Made by a program: the position numbers and the translations under genes. This document shows, one piece after another, positions 27,144-36,040 of a stretch of DNA of 64,000 bases; position 1 is the stretch's first letter, and each line of letters starts with the position of its first letter. Location: NCBI GenBank assembly GCA_038885755.1, contig JAVZZH010000001.1, forward strand, positions 320,001 through 384,000, in the 5' to 3' direction. The stretch is from Candidatus Caldarchaeum sp. GTDB taxonomy: Archaea > Thermoproteota > Nitrososphaeria_A > Caldarchaeales > Caldarchaeaceae. A model generated the notes under the pieces. That model saw only the letters and a list, made by a program, of their open reading frames with translations. It did no database searches and was not told the origin of the DNA.

Positions 27144-27776
27144 TTGTCTGACCAGCAGTCAGCCGGAGATAAGCGCTTAAGGAGCATAGAGGAGGAGATT
27201 AAAAGGATTAGGGAGCCTCTGGAGAAGACTCTGTTGGACATCCGCGAGATGCTGAACTCGGCCGAAAACCCGTTCAACATTCTAGCTCAAACGGTGCGTG
27301 CCGAGGAGGCTTTGGAGCAGAGAAAGCCGGAGAAGAGCGCTGCTCGGCCGACTGAAGCGGAGCAGTTCAGCCTCTCCAAACCAGGGGTTGCTCTACATGA
27401 GGAAGAGGAGGCCGGAGTCAGGGACCAAAACAGTCTGAGCTACTTCATCCAAGTTTTGACGGCCGTTGATTTGATGAACGTCGTAGTCGGCAAGGATTAC
27501 CTGCTAAGGCTTGTGAACATGCTTGCTTGGAAGAAGCTCATCTCTAAGGATCTTGTTGAAGTCATCAAGGAGGCTCTTGAGTTTCTCTCCAGCATAGAGT
27601 CTTCGACTAGGTTGAACCCTGTACACGATGCGCAGCCCAGTATCACAGACGTGTTGATAGTCCTCTATCTGATCTACCTGCTCTCCAAGAACGATGAATC
27701 CCCGCTGACATTCCTTCTGCTCAGCGCGTCGAGCAGCCTGAAAATGATTTCGAAGAACTGGGGAGGGAGGCAGTGA
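27144..27776 (+). CDS. Archaellum accessory protein (ArlC/D/E-like)
   Basis: First gene of the arl operon; coiled coil ending LLDIREMLNSAENPF. Confidence 0.55.
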   Translation: MSDQQSAGDKRLRSIEEEIKRIREPLEKTLLDIREMLNSAENPFNILAQTVRAEEALEQRKPEKSAARPTEAEQFSLSKPGVALHEEEEAGVRDQNSLSYFIQVLTAVDLMNVVVGKDYLLRLVNMLAWKKLISKDLVEVIKEALEFLSSIESSTRLNPVHDAQPSITDVLIVLYLIYLLSKNDESPLTFLLLSASSSLKMISKNWGGRQ

Positions 27777-28267
27777 TGGTGGGCGGATACCTAGTGGCCG
27801 AGGCCATGGTGGCGGTGGCGCTCGTTCTTGCTGCTTCAGCTTTCACGTCGAACATGTTCAACGTTCTACGGGAGATGGAGCAGGCTGGCAGGGATAGGCT
27901 TGTCTACGTAAGGAAAGAAGTTCAGACACGTCTGGAGCCCGTCTTCATACACGTCAGTGAAAACAAGTCTATTATCTATTTCTGGGTGAAGAACACGGGC
28001 CACGTCAAGCTTTCGCATTCGGAGATAGCTTTGACGGAGGTCTTCGTAATTGGCCGCCAACTCCTCGAGAACCCGAGGTACTGCGGCGAGCCCCCGTGCT
28101 GGAGCTACGAGCTGGTTAGGGATGTTTTCGAAGACAACGGGTGGTCTTGGGGTGAAACTGTGAAGATAACGGTGAAGCTCAGACAGCCTCTGGGCAGCGG
28201 AGAATATCTGATAAGATTGTCCACTCTATACACGAGGGTCGACCACGTCTTTTCCGTGGGTGGTTAG
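27773..28267 (+). CDS. arlG: Archaellum protein ArlG
   Basis: N-terminal TM, FWVKNTG, W..GETVKITV; position in operon. Confidence 0.75.
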   Translation: MMVGGYLVAEAMVAVALVLAASAFTSNMFNVLREMEQAGRDRLVYVRKEVQTRLEPVFIHVSENKSIIYFWVKNTGHVKLSHSEIALTEVFVIGRQLLENPRYCGEPPCWSYELVRDVFEDNGWSWGETVKITVKLRQPLGSGEYLIRLSTLYTRVDHVFSVGG

Positions 28268-28269
28268 AG

Positions 28270-28767
28270 ATGTCGGGTTTCGGGCTTGTTGCCATGGTTT
28301 TGTTGACGAGCATGGTGGTCGTCCAGCTGATGATGTTCACCATGTATTCTGTCGAGAGAGTGATGCTGGAGCAGGCGGAGGGACTAAACCACCGTGCGAA
28401 AAACAGCTACGAGGTTAGGGTTCTCTCGGCGGAGCAGGACGCTGTGTTGGTTGAGTTGACCAACAACGGGCCCAACGACGTGAGAGTAAGGAACCTACTA
28501 TCCTCAGACCTTTTCCTAATCTACTTCGACACAGCGTCCAACAAGAAGGTAAGGTATGTGGAATACTTGGCCTCCACACCGCCGTCGTGGCGCATAACTG
28601 AAGTTAGGTACGGAGGCTTCTCTGGAGAGCTGCTCGACCCGATAGACCTAGTCTCAGGCGTTGAAGGAGTCTGGAACGTGGGCGAGACGCTGATAGCCGT
28701 AGTGGTGGTCGACGAGCAGGTCAACCCGCTCATGCCGGTATTAGTTAAGTTTGGGGTGGTTGAATGA
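28270..28767 (+). CDS. arlF: Archaellum protein ArlF
   Basis: MSGFG + TM, LTNNG, WNVGETL; immediately before arlH. Confidence 0.7.
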   Translation: MSGFGLVAMVLLTSMVVVQLMMFTMYSVERVMLEQAEGLNHRAKNSYEVRVLSAEQDAVLVELTNNGPNDVRVRNLLSSDLFLIYFDTASNKKVRYVEYLASTPPSWRITEVRYGGFSGELLDPIDLVSGVEGVWNVGETLIAVVVVDEQVNPLMPVLVKFGVVE

Positions 28768-29465
28768 CCGACGGGTCGATCAAAAGCTTCAACCCCGAGC
28801 TTGACAGGAAGATCGGGCCGATTAAAACTCCGTCGTTGTGTCTCATCGAAGGCCCCAACGACAGCGGTAAGTCGGTGCTTGTCATGCAATACTGCTACGG
28901 AGCCCTGCTCACAGGCTTCAACTGCTACCTGTTGACAACCGAGTCGAGCATCAGAGGGGTGAGGGATGACATGAAGTCCTTGACATGGGACGCGACTTAC
29001 CATCTTCTCACCGGCAGGCTCAAGATCGGCGAGATGCATGTCAAAAACATGACTTGGATGACCGACCAGAGCGCTAAGCTGCTAAAGCTGATCACAGCCT
29101 TCATAAGGTCTCGTGAAAAAGAACAGATATTCTTCATCGACTCGATGACCTACCTGCTTACAAACGCTCAGACATCAGACATCCTCAACTTCTTCACAGT
29201 GGTCAGGAACATCGTCGACAAGGAAGGTAAGACTATCTTCCTCACGATACACACCCATGCTCTGAACACAGACCTCTCTCTCAGGCTGAGGTCCATATCC
29301 GACGCCCACTTCGTCCTAAACGTCAAAGAGTTCGGGGAAAGAATATTCCGCACACTTCAGGTGATGAAGCTTAAAGGAGCCGAGCGCAGCGGGCTTACGC
29401 TGGCCTTCGAGGTTGACCAAGCCTTCGGCATCCGAGTCCTGCCTTTCTCACAGGCGAAGGCGTAG
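28764..29465 (+). CDS. arlH: Archaellum KaiC-like ATPase ArlH
   Basis: ELDRKIG.I...SL.LIEGPNDSGKSV, IDS, FEVDQAFGIRVLP. Confidence 0.93.
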   Translation: MTDGSIKSFNPELDRKIGPIKTPSLCLIEGPNDSGKSVLVMQYCYGALLTGFNCYLLTTESSIRGVRDDMKSLTWDATYHLLTGRLKIGEMHVKNMTWMTDQSAKLLKLITAFIRSREKEQIFFIDSMTYLLTNAQTSDILNFFTVVRNIVDKEGKTIFLTIHTHALNTDLSLRLRSISDAHFVLNVKEFGERIFRTLQVMKLKGAERSGLTLAFEVDQAFGIRVLPFSQAKA

Positions 29466-29470
29466 CCGTT

Positions 29471-31156
29471 TTGATGACCGTCTCAGCTAGGCCGGTTCCA
29501 CCCGAACTGCTTAGGAAATTCACCCATCTGAGGATTTACCTAGACAAGCTGGGGCCCAAGTCCAGAGAAGTCATCTACCTCGAGCAACTGTCTAGAGACT
29601 TACGAAACCTCAAGAAGTTCAGCGTGCTCTACCCCGTCGGAGACCCTCTGTTCATCCATGTAGAGTCTCGTGAGAACGAGAGAGCCAAGTACACGGTTGT
29701 CAGCCCCTCCACGATGTACTCGCAGGAGTTGATGAAGATTGTCGAGCGAGGATTAGCCAGCTTGATCGACCCGTCGATGGATTTCAACACCAAAGAAGAG
29801 CATGAACGCATCATAACCGAGCTCCTCGACCAATTCATCGTAGTGGACGAGTCGCTTGACGACATGGACTACAGGCCTGTCTACCGCAAGGGGGTTGTTG
29901 CCAGCCTAGCCGCCAACAGCAGCACGGCGGAGCTCATCAAGTACAGCACCGTCCTCGAGAAAGTCTACATGGGTGCTCTCGAGCCCCTGATAAGAGACCC
30001 ATACATAGAAGATGTTTCATGCGACGGCGTCGGCCCCATCTTCGTGGAGCATAAAATCTTCGGCAGCTGCGAAACAAACATCTACTTCAGCAACAGGGAG
30101 GAATTGGACAGCTTCGTCGAAAGACTGGCTGAGAGAATAGACAAGCCCGTGAGCTACAGGAAGCCCATTGTCGACGCAAGCCTGCCTGACGGTTCAAGGA
30201 TAAACATAGTTTACGGCAGCGACGTAAGCAAGCACGGCAGCAACTTCACGATCCGTAAATTCTCCGACAAACCTGTCAGCATAGCGGACCTCGTAAACTG
30301 GGGGACGATGAGCAGCTTGGAGGCTGCTTATCTCTGGGTTATGATGGAGCACGGCATGAGCACCTGGTTCTGCGGCGAGACAGCCTCGGGGAAGACGACA
30401 GCCCTACGGGCTGCCAGCGTCTTCATAAACCCGAGGGCAAAGATCGTTAGCATAGAGGACACGCCTGAGATCGTTGTTCCACACGAGAACTGGATAAGAG
30501 AGGTCACCAGGCAGGGGGAGAAGGGTGAGGGAGACATTACTCTCTTCGACTTGCTAAAGTCTGCTTTGAGGCAGAGGCCCAACTACATAATCGTGGGAGA
30601 GATAAGGGGGGCTGAGGCTTCCGTGGCTTTCCAGGCGATGCAGACAGGCCACCCGGTCTTGGCGACCTTCCACGCAGGCTCCGTCGAGAAGCTGATACAA
30701 CGGCTCACAGGCGACCCGATTAACATACCCAAGACCTACGTCGACATATTGAACTGCGTCCTCATACAGAGCGCCGTCAGGCTTCCGACAACTGGAAGGG
30801 TTGAGAGACGCGTGTTGAGCATAAACGAGATGGTTGGATACGACCCTTCAACCGGCAGGTTTGACTACATCGAGCTCTTCAGCTGGGACTCAAGCGGCGA
30901 CGTTCATGAATTCAGGGGGGAGGGCAACAGCTTCCTCCTCGAGAACAAGATAAGAACCATGCTCGGGCTATCGCCTCGTGAAAGCAGGAAGATATACCAG
31001 GATTTGATGCGGAGGGCTAGGATTCTGGAGTTTATGATTGAGAGGAAGGCCACCGACTTTGACAAAGTTTGGCAGACCGTTAAGATGGTTTACGACAACG
31101 GGGTTCAGACCGTGCTGGAGTTGCTTGAAGAGGGGAGGAAGGTTTGGCGGAGTTGA
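29471..31156 (+). CDS. arlI: Archaellum motor ATPase ArlI
   Basis: YPVGDPLFIH, DPYIEDVSC, GETASGKTT, LRQRPNYIIVGEIRG, QTGH. Confidence 0.95.
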   Translation: MMTVSARPVPPELLRKFTHLRIYLDKLGPKSREVIYLEQLSRDLRNLKKFSVLYPVGDPLFIHVESRENERAKYTVVSPSTMYSQELMKIVERGLASLIDPSMDFNTKEEHERIITELLDQFIVVDESLDDMDYRPVYRKGVVASLAANSSTAELIKYSTVLEKVYMGALEPLIRDPYIEDVSCDGVGPIFVEHKIFGSCETNIYFSNREELDSFVERLAERIDKPVSYRKPIVDASLPDGSRINIVYGSDVSKHGSNFTIRKFSDKPVSIADLVNWGTMSSLEAAYLWVMMEHGMSTWFCGETASGKTTALRAASVFINPRAKIVSIEDTPEIVVPHENWIREVTRQGEKGEGDITLFDLLKSALRQRPNYIIVGEIRGAEASVAFQAMQTGHPVLATFHAGSVEKLIQRLTGDPINIPKTYVDILNCVLIQSAVRLPTTGRVERRVLSINEMVGYDPSTGRFDYIELFSWDSSGDVHEFRGEGNSFLLENKIRTMLGLSPRESRKIYQDLMRRARILEFMIERKATDFDKVWQTVKMVYDNGVQTVLELLEEGRKVWRS

Positions 31157-32652
31157 AGATCCGGCGGGCTGCTTTCCAAGACATTAACGCCGACATAAAC
31201 TCGTTGACGTTAATGCTCACCATAGGCGCCCTCTCCAAACTATCACTAAACCAGATAATATCCGTCGTCGCCAAATCCTCAGTAGTGTCGGAAAGGTTTA
31301 CTTCAGTCTTTCAAAAAGCACGCATCCTAAACATGAAATGGGGATACGGCCAGTCTGAAACGCTAAACTACATCACCGAGAGCCTCAAGGAGCCGCAGCT
31401 GAAAAACTACTTCACACGTCTCAAGCACGCCGTGAAAGCAGGCGTAGACCTTGAGGACTTTGCACGAATAGAATACAGCAAGTATCTGGCTGAACAGGAG
31501 AACGAGTTCGAAAAAGGCCTCGAAAAGCTGAGAAGGCTTGTCGAAGCCTACTCGACGCTCGTCAGCATAGTTTCGCTTCTGATGGTTTCGTTCATTCTTG
31601 TCTCGATTATCTTCGGCTCGTCAGACAGCGGAGGCGTGATGGAGCTGTCATTCCTCTCCATAACAATGACACTAAGCTCCACAACCCTCATCTTCGCAAC
31701 AAACAACCTCAGGCGGAAGATGCTGAACAGCTACCCAGTACGTCCAAGCAGGCTATCTCTCCTGGAACGGCTGGCGAAGCCATTGACGGCTGCGTGCCTG
31801 CTGCTGGTCGCCCTCTCACCACAGCTAGCGGATTTTCTCGGCGGACAGTCAGTAGCCTACTCGTCAGCTGTTTTGACGGCGGCGGGAGCTCCCCTAGCTC
31901 TGCACGGCTTCATGGGCCGGAGATGGTGCAGGAGAGTCAACACCTACGAGGCGGTCCTCCCGATTTTCCTGAAGAGCTTCGGAGACTACTTGAACGCAAC
32001 GGGTTCTTACAGGAGCGCAGCCAGGATGCTCGTGGTGAGCGGCTTCGGCCCGATTCAACGCCTAGTCCAGAACATCGAAACGAGGATGAAGTTGGGAATA
32101 AGCAATTCTCATAGCTTGACGCTTTTCGGCAGAGAGATGCTGAGCAACCTAGCCGAGAAGACCCTAGGCCTACTGGCTGAGACACTCGAGGGCGGCGCCC
32201 GGCCCACTGAGGCGTGCAGCGTTTTGAGCGAGCATGTTTCAACCACGTTGATGAGGGATAAGAGGAGGGGCCAGATAACCTCGTCGCTGAAATCCCTGTC
32301 AATACCTCTGCAGGCTGTGTTGGCGGCTATCTCAGCTTTGATGACGACGCTGTTGAACATCCTCTCAGGCGTCGCCAAGATGATGCAGCCCTACCTCATG
32401 CTCCTCAAACCCGTCGATTACTCGGTCGCCGTAAACTACTTCTACACAATAATGGTTGCCGTGGCGGTGATAACCGCCGTAAACATTTACTTGGCTGACG
32501 GAGACTCGGTCTTCAGCTTCACACACTACCTAGGAATGCTTCTCTTGGTGAGCGGCCTGAGCTTCTTCAGCATGGCCACGGCCAGCGAGCGGATTCTGTC
32601 GTCGTTCGCAGGCTTCGGAAGAAGTATGTCGTCGTTGGTGGTGGAGAGGTGA
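31144..32652 (+). CDS. arlJ: Archaellum membrane platform protein ArlJ
   Basis: Polytopic with two T2SS-F-like cytoplasmic domains; follows arlI. Confidence 0.85.
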   Translation: MAELKIRRAAFQDINADINSLTLMLTIGALSKLSLNQIISVVAKSSVVSERFTSVFQKARILNMKWGYGQSETLNYITESLKEPQLKNYFTRLKHAVKAGVDLEDFARIEYSKYLAEQENEFEKGLEKLRRLVEAYSTLVSIVSLLMVSFILVSIIFGSSDSGGVMELSFLSITMTLSSTTLIFATNNLRRKMLNSYPVRPSRLSLLERLAKPLTAACLLLVALSPQLADFLGGQSVAYSSAVLTAAGAPLALHGFMGRRWCRRVNTYEAVLPIFLKSFGDYLNATGSYRSAARMLVVSGFGPIQRLVQNIETRMKLGISNSHSLTLFGREMLSNLAEKTLGLLAETLEGGARPTEACSVLSEHVSTTLMRDKRRGQITSSLKSLSIPLQAVLAAISALMTTLLNILSGVAKMMQPYLMLLKPVDYSVAVNYFYTIMVAVAVITAVNIYLADGDSVFSFTHYLGMLLLVSGLSFFSMATASERILSSFAGFGRSMSSLVVER

Positions 32653-32656
32653 AGCT

Positions 32657-33115
32657 ATGCTGGCCCTGACGGCAACCTTGCCCCCAAGCATCCAGAACAC
32701 GGCGACCATCTTCATAGTCCTTACGATGTGCGTCGCGGCTTTCTACAGCTTGGTGCTGGTTCACGGCGTGAAGAAGCTACGTCCCCCTCCATCACCACGC
32801 GTGGTGAATTTTCAGCCCAGGCCCCTGAACACCGCTCCCCCTCACCGTGTACTGGCCAAGCCTTCTGAAGAGGATGCTGTGATGCAGGAGTATAGGAAGA
32901 GGCTGGAGAAGCTTGATGAAGCCGTCAAGCTCATAGAGGAGAAGCTTAAAACACCAGCCCGGCGGGATGCAGCCGAGCAGATGGTTGTGGAGAACAACGG
33001 TCTGGAGGAGGGGTTAAAGGATCTGAAAGAGGTCCTCGAGCTTGCTAAGAGCCTGCGGGAAGAGGTTTCCAAGCTTTCGCTAGGCGGGGCTGCCGCCCGA
33101 GAAACCGTCAAATAG
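32657..33115 (+). CDS. Single-TM, Pro-rich linker, coiled-coil protein at the end of the arl operon
   Basis: TM (IFIVLTMCVAAFYSLVLV), PPPSP linker, heptad-rich C-terminus; GAGGTGA SD-like motif upstream. Confidence 0.7.
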   Translation: MLALTATLPPSIQNTATIFIVLTMCVAAFYSLVLVHGVKKLRPPPSPRVVNFQPRPLNTAPPHRVLAKPSEEDAVMQEYRKRLEKLDEAVKLIEEKLKTPARRDAAEQMVVENNGLEEGLKDLKEVLELAKSLREEVSKLSLGGAAARETVK

Positions 33116-33205
33116 ACGGAAAAAACCCTATCATCCGTTGATTTGACCTGCATATTCCATTAAATTCGTATAAACGCTAAATACCGAGGAGAGACCCGTA
33201 AACTC

Positions 33206-34186
33206 ATGCTCAAGCCACCCGTCGAGCAGCTGGAAAAATACTACAAAACCATACGGAGCCGTAGGTCCTACCTCATACTAAACGTCCAAGCCATAGCCAG
33301 CAGAGCCGTCCGGGAATGGCTGGATGGCAGAGGCTTTCTCGAGCTTCTCCCACCCATCATAGGGCCCGTGACCGACCCAGGCATAAGAGGCGCGAAGCAA
33401 GCCACCATCGACTACTATGGCCGAGAGTACAAGGTGATGAGCAGCGCCATACTCTACAAGCAGATGCTTGCAACAGCCTTCAACAAAATCTACTTCTTCT
33501 CACCCAACGTAAGGCTGGAACCCCTCGAGTCGGCTACAACGGGGAGACACCTCGTCGAGTTTGTCCAGATAGACATAGAGGAAGCTGACGTCGACTACAG
33601 AGCAGCCATGACGACTGCGGAGAACCTTCTAACCCACACCGTCAACACTGTTGCCGAGAAGGCGAAGCCTTATCTCGATGAGCTCGGCAGAAAGCTGCCT
33701 AGGTTCAGCCCGCCTTTCAAAAAGATAACACACGCTGAAGCGGTCGAAATACTCAAGTCCCACGGAGAGAAAGTCAACCCGTCAGCCGAGATACCCTGGC
33801 CTCAGGAGGAGAAGCTCTCCCGTATAATCGGCGAGCCCTTCTTCATCATCGACTACCCCAGAGGAGCTAGAGGCTTCTACGACAAGGAGGACCCGAGCAG
33901 GCCGGGCATACTGAAGGACTTCGACCTCATGTATCCGGAGGGGTTCGGCGAAGCTGCTTCCGGGGCGGAGAGAGAGTACGAGTACGGGAAGGTCTTGGCT
34001 AGGCTGAGGGAGAGCGGTGAGAACCCGGCCAAGTACGGATGGTACCTCGACATGCTGAAGGAAGGCATCAAGCCTACTTCGGGTTTCGGTATAGGGCTGG
34101 AGAGGCTCACCCGGTATCTGTGCGGGCTTCAGGCCGTCTGGGAGGCGAGACCTTATCCGAAAGTTGCTGGAGTCTACTCTCCGTGA
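33206..34186 (+). CDS. asnA: Archaeal asparagine synthetase A (AsnRS catalytic-domain paralog)
   Basis: Class II aaRS motifs (SPNVRLE..RHLVEFVQIDIE, GEAASGAERE, GFGIGLERL) with no anticodon-binding domain; PVTDPG. Confidence 0.88.
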   Translation: MLKPPVEQLEKYYKTIRSRRSYLILNVQAIASRAVREWLDGRGFLELLPPIIGPVTDPGIRGAKQATIDYYGREYKVMSSAILYKQMLATAFNKIYFFSPNVRLEPLESATTGRHLVEFVQIDIEEADVDYRAAMTTAENLLTHTVNTVAEKAKPYLDELGRKLPRFSPPFKKITHAEAVEILKSHGEKVNPSAEIPWPQEEKLSRIIGEPFFIIDYPRGARGFYDKEDPSRPGILKDFDLMYPEGFGEAASGAEREYEYGKVLARLRESGENPAKYGWYLDMLKEGIKPTSGFGIGLERLTRYLCGLQAVWEARPYPKVAGVYSP

Positions 34187-34194
34187 GCTGAGGG

Positions 34195-35559
34195 TTGAAG
34201 CTTCCGCTCATAACCCTTCTCCTCAGACTGCTTAGAAACCCGCAGGCACTGAGGTCGCTAACTAGGTTTACGCAGCAGTATCCTGTCGAGGAAGTGGCTG
34301 AAAGAGCTGAGAAAGGACGACAGTCTGTCTTTCCGCTCGGCGAGCTAGATGAGTTCGGCAAAGCTCTGCTGGGGGCCCCGGTTTACACTCCAGCCCCGAC
34401 ACGCCACGACATGCTCGACAAACTTCTGATAGTGCCTCCGCTCTACACGCCCTTCAGGCTGAAGAAGATGGAGGAGCTGATGAGGGAGCCTCTCTTCACC
34501 GACGTCGACACCACCTGCATCGTAGGAGGCTTCAAGTCAACCCTTCCCGTTGTCGTGGCCTCGATGGGATCAACCCCCATCTACAACAAAGTCAGTCTCG
34601 ACGTCGCCAAGGGGGCCGCAGAGCTCGGAATACCGTTAGGGGTAGGCGAGAACGTTGCCACGGTCTGGGGTTATTCCAAGAGAGTCAAGCCTAGCCAGCC
34701 CTGCTTCAAGGAGAGGGTGATGACCTATCTCGAGAACATTCAGGAGGGGTTTGGAGGGGTTTACATCCAGCAGAGCGTCGAGGATGCTTACGACGAGCTG
34801 TGGAACAGGGTTTACTCAGACCCCGACATAACCCCCTACATAGACGAAGGAAAGGTCGGCTTTGAGATAAAGCTGGGTCAGGGGGCTAAGCCCGGGCTCG
34901 GCGGTGAGACTTTCGTCGACAGAAAGTTGGCGCTAAGGCTTGTTGACAAGTACTCGTTCGACTCTGACCCTCGTAGAGTCGAGAAGCCGTTGTATGAGAG
35001 ACACTCCGCCCCCGGAACTTTCACTCCTGAGATCCTACGCAGCATGATAAGGCTGATGCACAACAACTATCCGCGGGCTAGGGTTTGGCTAAAGTCCGGC
35101 CCGTATAGAGATATCGAGAAAGTTGCGGAGCTTTGCGACGAGGAGAAAGCCGACGTGCTCTGGATAGACGGCAAGGAGGGCGGAACAGGGCTCAGCCCCA
35201 TAGCAGCTCTGAAGGACCTCGGCCTTCCGCTGGTCGCATGCCTCAGGAAGGTTGCTCTCCTCGCGCAGCGACTCACGGTCGACTTCGTCTGCTCTGGGAG
35301 GGTCGTGGACGGAGGCGACGTCGTTAAAGTGCTATGCTTCAGGGCTGCGGCCGCTGGGCTGGGTAGGCCGGTCGTCGTCGCAGCCTATCGGAACGGCGTC
35401 CAAGGAGTCAGGAACTACTTCGAGGCTCTGAGGATGGAGGTGCAGATGCTCACCTCAGCCGTTGGAAAATACCGTGTGTCTGAGCTGGGCTTAGAGGACG
35501 TCTACGCAATCAACACCCAGCTGGCCAGAGACCTAGGTATTGCGAGTATCTATGACTGA
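34195..35559 (+). CDS. FMN-binding glutamate synthase-family (GltB2-like) protein
   Basis: ASMGS, EIKLGQGAKPGLGG, IDGKEGGTG. Confidence 0.82.
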   Translation: MKLPLITLLLRLLRNPQALRSLTRFTQQYPVEEVAERAEKGRQSVFPLGELDEFGKALLGAPVYTPAPTRHDMLDKLLIVPPLYTPFRLKKMEELMREPLFTDVDTTCIVGGFKSTLPVVVASMGSTPIYNKVSLDVAKGAAELGIPLGVGENVATVWGYSKRVKPSQPCFKERVMTYLENIQEGFGGVYIQQSVEDAYDELWNRVYSDPDITPYIDEGKVGFEIKLGQGAKPGLGGETFVDRKLALRLVDKYSFDSDPRRVEKPLYERHSAPGTFTPEILRSMIRLMHNNYPRARVWLKSGPYRDIEKVAELCDEEKADVLWIDGKEGGTGLSPIAALKDLGLPLVACLRKVALLAQRLTVDFVCSGRVVDGGDVVKVLCFRAAAAGLGRPVVVAAYRNGVQGVRNYFEALRMEVQMLTSAVGKYRVSELGLEDVYAINTQLARDLGIASIYD

Positions 35560-36024
35560 GGTTCCGATGGATTTCAAAAACATAAAGTCCTCTTCAGGTA
35601 TCCTCCTAACGCTTCCCCTGAAGTAGTACATCCACTTGTCCTTCCTCCTGATGAATGACAGCCTTTCCACGACTTCCTCAGCCATGACGGGTCTCCGCCA
35701 CAGGCTTGCGTTTTCAAGGGGTATGAAGTGGGTCAGCTTCTCGGAAGGATATCCTACCACGTGGAACCTGATCTCATCGGTTATCGGCTTAGCAGGCTGG
35801 CGGAACTCCCCGTCGCCTATGAACATCCGGCCCTCACGCCCAGTCATGTAGAAAACAGCGTGTCCACCCTCCTGTAGATCCTTCATGGAAGCCACACGAC
35901 GGCTGACAAGCCAAAACCCCTCCCTTATCCTCACCAACGCAACCTCCCTCGCCGGCAGGACTTTACCGCCGACGACATGGTCCTTCACGACGAAAACCCA
36001 GTAAACCACAGATTTTACAACCAC
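35533..36024 (-). CDS. EVE-domain (PUA-like) protein
   Basis: YWVFV...W......GGHAVFY...LSFI..KDKWMYYFRGSVRRIPEEDF. Confidence 0.8.
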   Translation of the reverse strand: MVVKSVVYWVFVVKDHVVGGKVLPAREVALVRIREGFWLVSRRVASMKDLQEGGHAVFYMTGREGRMFIGDGEFRQPAKPITDEIRFHVVGYPSEKLTHFIPLENASLWRRPVMAEEVVERLSFIRRKDKWMYYFRGSVRRIPEEDFMFLKSIGTSVIDTRNT

Positions 36025-36040
36025 GAGGTGAATATATCTA

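Noticed and set aside
33206-34186. Truncated Asn/Asp-tRNA synthetase pseudogene
   Set aside because: The ORF is intact, and lacking the anticodon domain is the normal form of archaeal asparagine synthetase A
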